From Camelus dromedarius (lineage: Eukaryota): DNA of 64,000 nucleotides. Positions 1 to 12,010 of the stretch are shown piece by piece (position 1 is the stretch's first letter; each line of letters starts with the position of its first letter). Made by a program: the position numbers and the translations under genes. The notes below the pieces were generated by a model. The model made no database searches. It saw only the letters and a list, made by a program, of their open reading frames with translations, and was not told the DNA's origin. The DNA lies in assembly GCF_036321535.1 (NCBI RefSeq), contig NC_087437.1, forward strand, positions 17,486,001 through 17,550,000, read 5' to 3'.

Positions 1-17
1 AAATAAATACACTAAGT

Positions 18-232
18 CTGCACTGTCCAGTGTGGTAGGTAGCCTCTAGATACGGATAACTATTCAAACTTAAATTAGTTAAATTAAATTTAAAAAATCA
101 AATTAAAATGTTTCCCAGTCATATGAGCCACACTTCACGTTCTTAATAGCTGCATGTGGATAGTGGCTACTATACTGAACAACACCGAGACAGCATTGCC
201 ACCAGTACAGAAAGTTCTGTTGGGCAGCACTG
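18..232 (-). mobile_element. MER3-like hAT-Charlie non-autonomous DNA transposon
   Basis: Ends ctgcactgtcca...gggcagcactg and internal gccacatgtggctagtggctac-type motifs match the recalled MER3 reverse complement. Confidence 0.75.
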
Positions 233-839
233 CTCTAGGCGAGTTAAGACAGAGATCAGCACTAGGAGGAAGCTTAAAGGCTGATGCAACAGAGTTGACT
301 CTGGGGCAGCTTTTTATTAGGTGGTCAGGAAAGGTTCTAAGGTAAAAAGAGCTTGGCTTGTTGGAGGAAGGGCGAGGAGAGAGCAGCGTGTTAAGGGGTG
401 GAGTAAGAAAGGAGCCCAGAGAGTCTTGCAGGCCATGGGGGAGAGTCTGGATTCCATTCTAAGTGCCTTGGAAGCCACTAAGGAGAGAATTGTGATGCTC
501 TACTGAGTGATGAACAGAAGAATGGCAGGAATGGAAGCAGGAAAATTAGTCAGGAGACACAGCAGGGGAAGGGATGTAGTGACTGAGACTGGGGTGGTGA
601 CCGGGCAGATGGAGAGACCAGGACAGGTTGGGGTTTAAGCCTAGGTTTCCCTTGCCTGGCGAGAAAAAGAGTGAGGAAGAGTGGGTGGTGGGTGAGGGAC
701 GAGAGGGGAGGAACTAGAGTGTGGAGCAGAATCTTCTTCTGACCCATAAAAAGTAGGTGAATGAGACAGTTTCTTGCAACGACCACTGAGCCCGGGTCAA
801 AGGGGCTGGTGTGACGCTTCCCCTCCTCTCTTTGGCCAG

Positions 840-1030
840 AGAGTACGAGAGCCTGTACATGAGCCACATCTGGATCCCCAGCAGCTGGTGCTCCCCCACC
901 GCAGGCCCTGAGTGTGACATCACAGACGACATCACTGCCACTGTGCCCTACAACCTCCGCGTCAGGGCCACCCTGGGCTCACAGACCTCAGCCTGGAGCA
1001 CCCTGAAGCAGCCCTTTAATCGAAACTCGA
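840..1030 (+). CDS. IL20RB: IL20RB internal coding exon (fibronectin type III domain 1; equivalent of human exon 3)
   Basis: Encodes EYESLYMSHIWIPSSWCSPTAGPECDITDDITATVPYNLRVRATLGSQTSAWSTLKQPFNRNS, closely matching IL20RB as recalled. Polypyrimidine tract plus AG at 838-839, GTAAG donor at 1031, length 191 bp. Upstream exons lie outside the window. Confidence 0.96.
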
Positions 1031-1539
1031 GTAAGGCCCTTCTCTCCTTCCTCCTCTGCCCCCACCAGCCTCCCTTTCACTGAGGGTTTGGGTATTCTTT
1101 TTAGCATCAAATTAGTCTTGCAAAGCCAGGGAGAGTATTGGGGAAGTAAGCAACCATGACCGGTCCATTTCAAATATTGCCAGCTGCTTCCCACAGACCG
1201 TCTTCTCTCATTTTGAGAGAGACTTTGGAAGTCATTCCTGTCTCTGGAAGGAACGCTGACCTGGAAGAGAGGAGAGGGGGCTAGGACGGCCTCTCTCTGC
1301 CCTGGCAGTGCCTCCCATCTGGCGCCTCATTAACTGCATCTTCGCTGCCGGTGTCAGCATCCTCTCTGTGCAACAGGGGTGATGCATTAACAGACTGACA
1401 GAAACAGTCCCTTGGAAATAAATGACTTTTTCATACTGACAGAACGTGGAAAATGATTAAGAAGTAAGGGAAGACTCCAGATCGGAGGCCAAATATGGCA
1501 GAGTAAGGAAGCAGCTGGTCACATGGCAAAGGGCTTTGA

Positions 1540-2260
1540 CCTAAAGCCTCATCAGATCTGCAGAGGCGGGTCATGGAAGAACAGAGGGTCTGGGCTGGGT
1601 CTGTCTTAGAGAACAATCACTCTGGCTGTAGTGTGAAAAGTAAATGGGGCAGGACAAGCCTGCAGGGCACGGGAAGAGTGAGGAGGCTGCTGTAACCCCC
1701 AGCTGAGCCCGGGTGGGTCCTAACCCCAGGAGTAGGGGAGGGCATGGGGAGGAGAGGACAAGTTCACAAGGCATGGCTGAGTTAGAAAAGACAGAGCTTG
1801 AAAACCAGTTACTGGGCGACAGAAATAATGGAGGACATAATAATAGTGTCCATCTTCCTGTTGGGGCTGATGAGAATGTCATCCAAGGCAGAGAACCCAG
1901 GAAGGCAACTGGTCTTGAGGAACAGGAGATACTCCTGCCTTTGGGCTCTTTGAGATTGAGATTCCTATAAGGTAACACGCCACAAATGTCTGATTGGCGG
2001 TTGGAAATCAGGCCCCGGGGCTCAGACAGATCAAGGTCGGACACATAACACAAAATTAATAGCTAGTGGCTTGGGAGCATGTGAGATTGTCCCGGGACAA
2101 GATATGAGGGCAAAGAGGACCAGGGCAGGATCCTGGGAAATCTCTGATTTAAAAAGAGGACAGAGGGAAGGACGCCAGTAGGTGGCTGGGCAGGGAGAGG
2201 GTCGTGGGAGAACAGACAGCAGCTGACCGGCCTGAAGGAGGCCCCTAAACGGGTCCTTGA
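1540..2260. mobile_element. Degenerate L2 LINE fragment
   Basis: L2-typical motifs: atcactctggctgtagtgtg, ttgagattgagattcctat, ggaaatcaggcc...ctcagacaga. Confidence 0.5.
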
Positions 2261-2599
2261 GAAAGTGGCTTCACGGAGCAATGCGGATGCGATCAGGTGC
2301 CGGCTGGACGGTTGTGTGGAGGTGGGAAGAAGCATGGCTGTGGCAAAAGGTGTGACCCATTCAGAGATGCAGGAGAGGCAAGGGAAAGGCCTTCAGTGAA
2401 TTCTGTTTTCTCAGTGTGGCGGGTGCTCCCCTGCTGTGAGTAGGGACAGAAGAAGTTTTGGGGTGGCATCTACAGTAATGGAACGAGTCAAATGTTACTG
2501 AGGAGTGTAGGAGATTGAGTAGAAATCAGGAAAGTTTAGAAGGTGGGGGAGCCCATGCTGGAAAGGGGCTGAGGAAGGTGAAGATAGATTTGAAGGGAG

Positions 2600-2800
2600 A
2601 GTTGGTCCTCCAGAGTCAGACAGATGTGGTTCAAATCCCAGCTCAGCCCCTCGATGGCTGGGTCTCTGCCCACCCCTCTGTAAGAAAGGCAACGGTTTGC
2701 CTCACTGGGTAGTTGTGGGCAAGATGAGATGTGTAAATGCTCGGGGCAGTGCTCTCCTGTCATAGCACCCAGCTGTTAGTAAGTGTTATTATTATTGTTA
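2600..2800 (+). mobile_element. MIR SINE
   Basis: gagtcagacagatgtggttcaaatcccagctc ... tgtaaatgctcggggcagtgc ... tagtaagtgttattatt, typical of the MIR core and tail. Confidence 0.65.
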
Positions 2801-3679
2801 TTGCCCTAGGGATGCCCAGAGTTGAAGGCCAGAGAGCAGAGGAAGGAGGGAAGAGGTGGGGGCAGGAATGAGACCCTTGGAGTGGGACACCAATAGGAGT
2901 TTTGGTGCAGAATGCGGGCTCCTCTGCTCGGGCTCTTTCCCTAGGCACCAGGAGGACACGGTGGAAGCAGTGGGATCCCAGCGCCAGGCACTGGGGAGCC
3001 TGAGGGATACTGGAGGGTGGTGCAGCTCTGCCTCTGCCCGCAGTGCCCAGGAGGCACCGCACCACCTCCCTCTGGCTCCCGGAAGCACAAGGCTCCAGCT
3101 GAGATCATTGCTGGGGGCTGGTGGCTGTTGTTGAAAAGGAAGGCAAAGGGCATTTGGAAATAAGGAAGTGGGGCGGGTGTGCAGTAGTGCTGGAGAAAGC
3201 CAACATAAACAGGGAAGGACTCGCTGCACGGGGGAGCTGCGGAGCAAAAGCCTCTCTACCTGCGCCAGGAGCAGAAGATGCCCGTCCTGTGTGGTCCCTG
3301 TGCAGGTGGAGTTAGCTGCAGAGCTGGGATGGAATCGAAACTCTGAAGAGTATTAAGTCTGTTCTTTGGCCTTTGAAAAAGATCACCCTGACTTCTTCTC
3401 AGACATGTGAAAAATCTTGTTTTAAGGCTTTCCTGAAAAAGAGCTCCTGCTCTTAAAGGGAAGCCTTTGTTGAGGGCAGAAGCTCTTAACTTCGATTGCA
3501 TGAAGTCAAGTCACAGGGAAATTTAGAACCGCTTATCTCTGGGATTCCTCCCCAGAGTCTGATTTAAATGGTCTATGTACATTCTGTTCATTGGAAATTA
3601 AAAGTTCTCTCCAGGTTAATCTCAGAATTGAGATCCTCTGGCACAGTGCTAAACAGCTGACACAGCAGAGTCTAGAAAT

Positions 3680-3850
3680 GTGGAAAGACATGGGCTCAAA
3701 TTCTGACCATTAACTGGGTGATTCTGGGAAAGTCACTTAACCTCTCTGAGGCTCAGTTCCACCATCTGTACAATAGGAACAGTATTTACCTTCTTAAGCA
3801 TGCTGGATGGATTAAGTGAGGTAAGTATGTTGATTACAAAGGACAGAGTT
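3680..3850 (+). mobile_element. MIR SINE
   Basis: tgggaaagtcacttaacctctctgaggctcagttccaccatctgtacaatagg is the MIR core. Confidence 0.7.
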
Positions 3851-4854
3851 TCCTGCCCCAATACTGTCAAAAAATTCTCTGAACTGAAATGATATTGGGC
3901 TATTTTCTCTAATTCTATTCTTAACAAAAATAGAGATCAGGGGATCCACTTCTAATCATGTTTGACTTAAAACTGGAAGGGTCAAACATCTCTCTTTCTG
4001 CTAGAGTTGTTTCAGAGGTAGGTCATATGAAGCCTCTGAACTGGGTATTTTTTGCTGGGTTGGTCCCTGACTTCCTGAGTCCTCCTGTCCCCTATTCAGG
4101 CAGCTCTTCAAATGCCAGGAAATGCTTTGTTCTCTGAAAGCTCTCTGCAGGAACTTCCTTTCTTTTGAGTATCCACTGACACCAGTGCAGGAGGATTTAG
4201 CCCAGAACACACTCCAGTCTACTTCCTAAGCCAAGGCCTGCAGTCGGGGTGGCCTTCTGGTCCTGCAGAGTCTGGATCTGAGAGGCACGTCTGGATCCAT
4301 CATCAGTAGCCAGGAGCTAAAGACTGTCTGTGGGCCCTTCTGTTCTTGGTCTGCTGACGGGACAGTATCCTTGAGGGCTGCTGGCCTCTCTGGGATCCAA
4401 TTATATGAAAGATAATATTTGTGTTTATGCTGTAATTTCTAGAGGTGATTATTGGAATTTGTAAAACCCTCTGATTTTTCAACATCCCCCATGAAGGATA
4501 TGAGATGAATAATCTTTGGGTGGAGAATAGAAAGGCCAACCCATCCACAGGCTGCTGATTTGCTGGTGTTTGAATGTTATCAGCAGCCTGTCTATATCAC
4601 TGATCTATGGGAATTGTAGTAAGTTGCTATTGTTTGTTTCTTTCATTTGCTCATCGTTCATTTGCTGTACTGAGCACTTGCTGAGTACAGGAGAGGACTG
4701 GTGTACATGCTTCTGCATGCTGTGAAGCCACATCCAAACTCCCCCCATTCCCCGAACCTGGCATGTTTCCACCGATGACTTGGTCATGGTGTTCTTGAAC
4801 AGAAATCAGTCCTGTCTGGAGCTGGCTCTGATTTTCCCCTTATCTTGCCAACAG

Positions 4855-4979
4855 CCATCCTCACCCCACCTGGAATGGAAGTCACCCAGGATGGCTTCCA
4901 CCTGGTTATTAAGCTGGAAGACCTGGGGCCCCAATTTGAGTATTTCGTGGCCTACTGGAGGAAGGAGTCTGGTGCCGAG
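4855..4979 (+). CDS. IL20RB: IL20RB coding exon (FNIII domain 2, first part)
   Basis: Encodes (T)ILTPPGMEVTQDGFHLVIKLEDLGPQFEYFVAYWRKESGAE. AG at 4853-4854, GTGAG at 4980, 125 bp, phase compatible with the previous exon. Confidence 0.96.
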
Positions 4980-5820
4980 GTGAGACGTCTGGCCTTTCCC
5001 TTTGAGTTAGACTTTGGGGAAGAAGTCACAGACCTCTGAGAGCTGGGTGAGGAAAGCCAGCCCCTGCATTGTGTGCTGTCTCAGGAGGCCTGAGGGTGAG
5101 CAGGCCTAGGTGAAGTGTGAGAAAGGAGGGATGGGAAGAAACTGACAATCCCCACAGCTTTGTCCTCAAAGGACTGCCTTGGTCCAACCCAGACCTCAGC
5201 TGGAGACTTCTCAGGCCAGATTTGCTGAAGTCTGGGGGCTGCCTCCTTGCCCTGAACTCTAACATAGTCAGACCCATGATACCTTTTCAGCGCATTTCTT
5301 CTCCCTTATCAGTGTGTCTTCTTGGCCATTCTCCCTGGCATGTTCAGGACCAGGGTGCTCCAGATCACCAGGATGACTTCAATAGTGTAGGAGGTCGGCA
5401 CAAACCTCTGGAGGGTGTGTCTTTGGGTGGGGTGCAGAAGTTGGGGCAGAGAGCCAGGAGCTGACATACGAACAAATCTTTTTATGAGTGGGTGGGTCGC
5501 CCAGAATGCCTAAATGGGGTGCTGCCCATCCCGTGGGACGTCTGCTGCAGGCTGGGCTGGGTGGGAGGTCAGCTCTCTCAGAGGGAGGGGCCAAACATCC
5601 TGCAGCCGCAGCCACAGAAGGGGTGGGGATTTAGCAGCCCTGTGGAGGCCCTGTCCCCATGGACATGGTGACAAGGCTGGCTCCAGTCGATACAAGGGAA
5701 AATAGGCTTTATCACAAGGATGAATACGGTGCAGTAAGGGGCTCTCACAGACTGCACAGAGCAGGCCCGCAGCCGGGCTGCTGCACTGCCTCACTTACAC
5801 AGGGATCCGGTGAAATCCTC

Positions 5821-5838
5821 ACTGCCCTCTGGTGGGCC
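5821..5838 (-). promoter_or_regulatory. CTCF core motif, reverse orientation, in an IL20RB intron
   Basis: Reverse complement reads GGCCCACCAGAGGGCAGT, matching the CCASYAGRKGGCRS consensus. Confidence 0.55.
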
Positions 5839-7000
5839 CTCTCTCCAGCACTCTTTCCCTGACCGCCTCCCCAGCTTACCCCCAGGCCCTGATCCCTCAC
5901 ACTCCTTCCTGTACGTGCCTGTGGCTATCAGACCCTTACTGGGCCTGACTACCCCCCACCATGTCCTCTCCCCTTGGTCCCTGCTTCTAGCTACAGGTGT
6001 TCAGTTCCCCAAGACCAGTTCCCAGGAGAGGAAATGTGACTGGTCCTGCTTATCTTATCAGGCCAAGCCTCTGGATTACCAGTTGCTGGCCAGGCTCTGA
6101 TAGACCCTTCTCAGGCCAAGGGTACCCCTGATCTAATGACACTGCCTGAGAGACAGGGCGTGTGGCCCACTCATCAGGGGATGGGGGTTGGGTAGCTTCA
6201 CCTGAAAGGTGATATGTGTAGGTGAAATGGGCCATAGGAATGGTTTCCAGTATTTACTCCTATTGGGCTAGCCAGCACCCTGTGGTAGAACATGGCATTG
6301 CCAGCCAGGCAGATGGAGTGGTGGTCAGGGACAGATCAGGGCCTGGGCTGGAGGGAGCAGGCAGATCCCTCCGATGCTTTGGGAGGCATGGGGCTGGTGC
6401 TGGGGGAGGAGCATGTACCCTGAGTCACCTGGGCTTGGCCCATAGGTTCAGACATAGAGCACAGGCCTTGGAGGGTAGGTGGGCGTGGAGGGGTATGCGG
6501 ACGGATGGATAGACACACTGGACGGATGGGTGTGTGAGAAGGCACTGCCCACTGGCTCCACTGCTCCTGTGCACTGATCCCCTGGGCAGCAGTGGTCAGG
6601 ACACACCCCTGGTCATTTTCTGACCTTCAGGTCTCTGTCCAAACATTATGCTGTTGGAGAGGCCTCCTCTGCCCGTCTTCTAGTGCTTCCTCATTGCTCT
6701 CTCCCTGCCTGCCCTACTTCATTTTCCTTCATAGCCCAACATCACCACATGTGTTCTTCATTGTCTGTGTTCCCCCACATAAGCTCCCTAAGAACAGGAA
6801 CTTTGTTTTGTTCAATGTCCCAGTGCCTACAACAGTGCCTGGCCCCCAGTAGGTGCTAAAGAATAAAGAAATAAATACGAATGAATGAGGAACATTCTGT
6901 TTGCATCCTGGAAAGAAATATTTGCAGGTTTCCTTCCCTCCCCTCTCCCTCTTTCCTGTCCTGCTTCCCTCAGGGTGTCACTATTTTTTGGTTCCTAAAG

Positions 7001-7151
7001 GAACACGTCAAGATGGTGAGGAATGGGGGTGTTCCAGTGCACCTGGAAACCATGGAGCCAGGCTCTGCCTTCTGCGTGAAGGCCCAGACCTTCGTGAAGG
7101 CCATTGGGAGGCACAGTGCCTTCAGCCAGGCGGAATGTGTCAAGGTGCAAG
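7001..7151 (+). CDS. IL20RB: IL20RB coding exon (FNIII domain 2, second part)
   Basis: Encodes EHVKMVRNGGVPVHLETMEPGSAFCVKAQTFVKAIGRHSAFSQAECVKVQ(G). AG at 6999-7000, GTAAG at 7152, 151 bp. Confidence 0.95.
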
Positions 7152-7659
7152 GTAAGGCTGCCTGTCTGTCTCTGCAGCCCCGCCCGGGTCACACCCCTTC
7201 TTGGGGGATGCTCGGTGCCGTTGCTTCCTCTGGTTCCGAGTCTCCCCTCCCACCTAGGTGGGGTGGGTTCCTGTGGTCCACCCTAGGGCTGGGCAGGGGG
7301 TCACTTGGCAGCTGTCTGGGGTACTTTTCCCTGAAGGGTCCTGGGGCCTGAGACCAGACTTTGCAAGGCTGGGTTAGTGGGTGGCAGCTGCCTGTGAATC
7401 AGAGGGGTTTGCAGGTGAGGCCGCCAGGGGCCTGAGAGTCAGGCCCCATGAGGACGTAGCCCACCGTACAGCACAACTGCTCTCAGCTGGGAGAGGCCTT
7501 GTGGAAAGTCTACAGAATCCTCTTGTTTGACTTAATTTTTTCCCCTGAAGTTTTTATAGTCTAAAAACTTACGATGAAAAGAAACCAAACCAAACCAAAC
7601 CCCACATCCTGTGATCCTGCCACACAAAGCCACTAGTGACATTAGTGTCTAACTTTCTA

Positions 7660-8950
7660 GTCTTTAAAAAATTATTATTTTGAATATTTGATACATTTAT
7701 ATGGTTCAAAAATATGATAAGATACACATGGAAACTCCTTCCTCCCCTTCCTTCTCAACCATATAATCTGCACCCCTCCCCCACAGGTATTAGCTTTTTG
7801 TATACCCTTCTTTTAAACACATTTACAAGCAGATGAGAATATATTTTTATATATTTCCCTTCTTTTTAGCACACATGGTAGCATGTTCTATGTGCTGTTT
7901 TGGATCTTGTCTTTTTCACTTTATATATGTTGTAGATTTTTCCACATCTATAAAGAACTTCTCCATCCTTCTTTACAGCTACATAGTATTCCATTGTATG
8001 TACATATGACTAATTTAATGAATCCCCTATTGATGGGCATTTAGTTTTTTTCCCCAATAGTTTACTATTACATCCAATGCTTTAATTAATTACCTTGTAC
8101 ACAGATCATTTGCTGGTGTATTTGTAGGATAAATTCCTGGAAGTAGAGTTGTTTGGTCAAAGGCAAGCACATTTGAATTTTGACTTCTGTTTCCAAATTG
8201 CCCTTGAAAGGGGTGTTATCCTTCATATGGACACATGTCGTAATTGTATTATACAAACACTTTGTGCCTGCTTTTTTGTTATTATCATTTTTTTAATTGA
8301 AGTATAGTCAGTTACAATGTGTCAATTTCTGGTACACAACATCTGCCTGCTTTTTTTTTCTTTTTTACAAATATCATATCCAGAACATTTTCCGTGTAGA
8401 TTTTCTGACAACCATTTTACACTACTTTTTAAAACCATGCAAGCCAAGCTTGTTAAAAAATTCAAATGACACAGAAGTGTAAAATAAGAGGTACATGTTC
8501 TCCATTCTCCCTCACACCACCCAGAAGATTTCTTTTGGCAAATTTGGCATTTAATATTCCAGTCACTGTGTTACACCAGTACTCACAGGCACAAATGGGA
8601 CTGTACTGTGCTCACTGTTCTGTGCCTCACTTATCTACACTTGGAGTCTATTGTGAACATCTTTTCATGTCAGTGCATATGGATCCACCTCATCCTTAAG
8701 GAAGACGCATAACAAGCCAATATATGGATGTGCAAAATTATATGTAACCGTCCCCCTGTTAATAGGCATATTCTGTGCTTTCTAGTCTTTTGCCGCTACA
8801 ACCCATGCTGTAATGAGCAAGCTTGTATATGTCCTAATTCTCATTTTAATAGCCAACTCCTAACCTGCCATGCTGATCCTCCATAATGTATTCAGTCATC
8901 CTCTATTTTGGGGTATTTAGATAATTTCTATCTGCTTTTGAAGATGATGT
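7660..8950 (-). mobile_element. Old L1 (L1ME-like) 3' fragments containing a very short young L1 tail at about 8280-8344
   Basis: Motifs atagtattccattgtatg and ttgtaggataaattcctggaagtagag. The short L1 tail (ttttaattgaagtatagtcagttacaatg) is flanked by a tgcctgcttttt duplication. Confidence 0.65.
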
Positions 8951-10093
8951 TCATTCACTGATACATTCATTCACTTAGTGAATAATTACTGAGCACTGAC
9001 TCTGTGCTAAGTGCTGGCCCTGTCACTGGGCCACAGCAGGGAAGTCTCTGCCCTCACAGAGCTTACCTTCTGGCTGGGGAGACAGAGTGCAAATCAGTAA
9101 GCAAATGAGATGGTTTCACTTGGTCCTACGCGCTATGAGAAGACACACCAGAGCACGCTGGGGGCGGCGGGAGGCACAGGTGTTCTGCTTTGGGCAGAGA
9201 GAGAAACTGGTTATGAGGCTGCTGCTCTGGTCCAGATACCGCTGTGAAACTGCTTTATGCATATAATTGTTTCCTTCCTTGGAACTATCTTTTTGGAATC
9301 TACTCACAGGAGTGGATGAAAGGGTATGAACATTTGTACATCTCTTGATGTGTACTGCCAAAATAGTTTCGGAAAGCATTGAAACAAACCAAGGTGCCCC
9401 CAGGCACACGGGAGAGCCCACTAGCCTCTCCGAAGCCTCACTGGCTGGCTGGGCCACCCTTTGCATCGTGGGTGAGCAGTCCAGCCCAGAGGGGCTAAAG
9501 AACTGCCTGAGGTTCCACAGGACAAGAGAGATGGGAAAATAATCCATCCTTCCTTCCACATCTCCAGACGCTCAGACTTGGCACTTTCTGATACATCACT
9601 TAGTAGAATGTGGAGCCAGTCCTACCTGTGTGACCTGGGGTAAGTCACTTAACCATTGTAGGGGCTTGATATATCAGAGTTATTATGTGACTGTGTTCTG
9701 AACTCAGTATTTTCCTCCACAGTGTGAATCAGTGCCAAGAGCAAATTGTGAAACACACTTTTTTTTCAGTTACCGCCCAGCTCCCTTCTGTGCTGCTCAC
9801 TCCTCCTCCTGCCTGGGGCCTTCACAGTGGAACTCCTCCTTTTCCCTTCCCCAGAAAAAGAATGTAATCTTCCCTGGGGCTTTCTGGAAACCAAGCCTTC
9901 ACCTGGATTCTAGGAAAATGGTCTTAATGGTGGAAACTTTTTGTCATAAGTCATCCATCAAACCTCGGGGTGCTGGCATTTGCTCTCTTGGCTGCTCTGC
10001 AGAGCCAACGACAGGAGAGTGCGGGAGGCCCAGGATTGGCGAGTTCATCTTCACTGTTGTCTCCTGAACTGCTTGCTGTCTTTCTGTTTCCAG

Positions 10094-10236
10094 GAGAGAC
10101 CCTGCCCCTGGCGCTGGCCCTGTTTGCCTTTGTGGGCTTCATGCTGATCCTTGTGGTTGTGCCGCTCTCCATCTGGAAAATGGGCCGGCTGCTCCGGCAC
10201 GCCTGCTGCCCCGTGGTGGTGCTCCCTGACACCTTG
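10094..10236 (+). CDS. IL20RB: IL20RB transmembrane and juxtamembrane exon
   Basis: Encodes (G)ETLPLALALFAFVGFMLILVVVPLSIWKMGRLLRHACCPVVVLPDTL, a hydrophobic TM segment followed by a box1-like PVVVLP. Acceptor tttccAG at 10092-10093, GTAAC at 10237, 143 bp. Confidence 0.96.
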
Positions 10237-11499
10237 GTAACTGTGTTCTTTTCTCCTTTCTGCGTGATACTAACCAGATTAGTTTGAACCTGAGTGGGAC
10301 AGGGACACATGATTTGTGAGTTTCCAAGCATTGGCACAAAGAGGGGAGAGAAGCACTTATAGGATTTCCCTTCTAACCAGAGGGGCAGGCTGGGAGACCG
10401 CCCTTCTCCAGGGAGCGGTGGCCTTCCTCAGGCTCCCATCCGGCCACCGGTCCTTACCCTCAGGGCCTTGCAGGAGGGTAAGGCATTTCAGGACTCATGC
10501 ACAGTTTTACTGGACCAGCCTGCTGAACGTTCTTGGCCCCGTCCTATCACTATAACAGCAGCTCCATCCAGTAATACTTTCCAACACAACGTATTCAATT
10601 CATGTGCCAAGAGCCTCCTTGGTTCTTGGGGAGGGGGCATGTGTCTGAATGTGGGGTGCACATGCTTTGCCTTTGTCTGGGGGCTGGGGGATGATCTCAA
10701 CCTGCACAGTGACCACCCAAGGTTGGGGATGTCCCCCAACATCTCACAAGCCAGGTTTCTTATCTTATCCTAAAGACCCTGGGCCACAGGTCTGAGTCAC
10801 CCCAGTGGGTGAAAAGCCAGGGTCGGGGAGAAGCAAAAGCAGGCCTCCGGAGCTTCGGGCACATTCCGTCTGTCTGCCTCCCCCCACCACCTCAGACCTC
10901 AGAACACAAAGCAGTGCAACTAAACACAACAAAACCGTAACAAAAGCAAACTCATCCTCTCACCTCAGGGATTTCTCACAGTTCTCTCCTGGGAGGAGGG
11001 GTTAGCAGCTTCTCAGAAGCAACCAGAACCACAACTTCCTGCAAACTACACATCTGTGTAATTCCTTTTCCGCCTGGAGTCCCTCTGGAAGGAGGCCCTC
11101 CTGGGAAGTCTCCTGGCCCTGAGAGCATGGGCCGTGCTCCCCCTTCACAGGGGGATGAATCCTCCCTGCAGCCCAGTCCTCAGGACCCCCTCCCCCAACC
11201 CTATTATCCTTTCTTTCCGGGACTTCTAGGGGGTCACGACTTTAGGGGACAGTAGCCCTAACTAGGGTTAAGGGCCAGGCACCATTCTAAGACTTTACAT
11301 ATATTGGCTCATTTCATTTTCCCCTTTCCATGATGCTTACCAACCAGTGTACTTTGCATCAGTTTCCCTCCAGCCCCTCCGGATGACTGAATGGTTTACT
11401 GCGGAACATAAAGGCAGTGGGATGTATCGGACACAGGGGATGGTGGGGGGTGGGGGGTGTTGTGTTCCCTTCAGCCAGAACATGAGGGGCTCAGGGTTC

Positions 11500-12010
11500 C
11501 TTGAAGCATGAAAGGATGTGTATTTTGCAGTTGTTGGGGTGATGTTTGATAGATATAAATTGGGCCAAAATATTTGATAATACTATTCAGATCGTCTTTG
11601 TCCTTACTGATTTTTTTTTGATGTAGTTTTATTGGTTATTGAGAGACACCAAAAATCTCTAACTATGAGTGTGAATGTGTCTGTTTCTCCTTTTATGTCA
11701 ATTTTTCCTTCATGTACTTAGGTGCATACATATTTCTGATTGATAGGTCTTCCTGAGTCACTGAGTCTTTTTATCATCATGAAATGTTCCTCTTTATCTC
11801 TGGCAGTACTCCTTCTCCTGCTATCAATGTGGCCCTTTTTTTGTTTACTATTTGTATGGGGTGTCTTCTTCCATATTTTTACCTTAAACTTACCTGTGTC
11901 CTCAGATTTAAAATCTCTCTTGAAGCAGCATAGAGATTTTTTTCTTTTAAATAAATCCATTCCAACAACCTCTGCCACGTAATTGGAACGTCTAGTCCAT
12001 TAACACTTAC
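11500..12010 (-). mobile_element. L1 ORF2 endonuclease-region fragment
   Basis: Minus-strand ORF 11718-11978 (KFKVKIWKK..NSKQKK..RDKEEHFMMIK) resembles the L1 ORF2p N-terminus (LKVKGWKK..RDKEGHYIMIKG). Confidence 0.8.

Noticed and set aside
7152..7351. Open frame continuing past the exon donor (ORF 6881-7351), suggesting a soluble IL20RB isoform
   Set aside because: The GTAAG donor is strong, the extension is not recognisable and I saw no nearby poly(A) signal. Read-through of this length is expected by chance in GC-rich introns.
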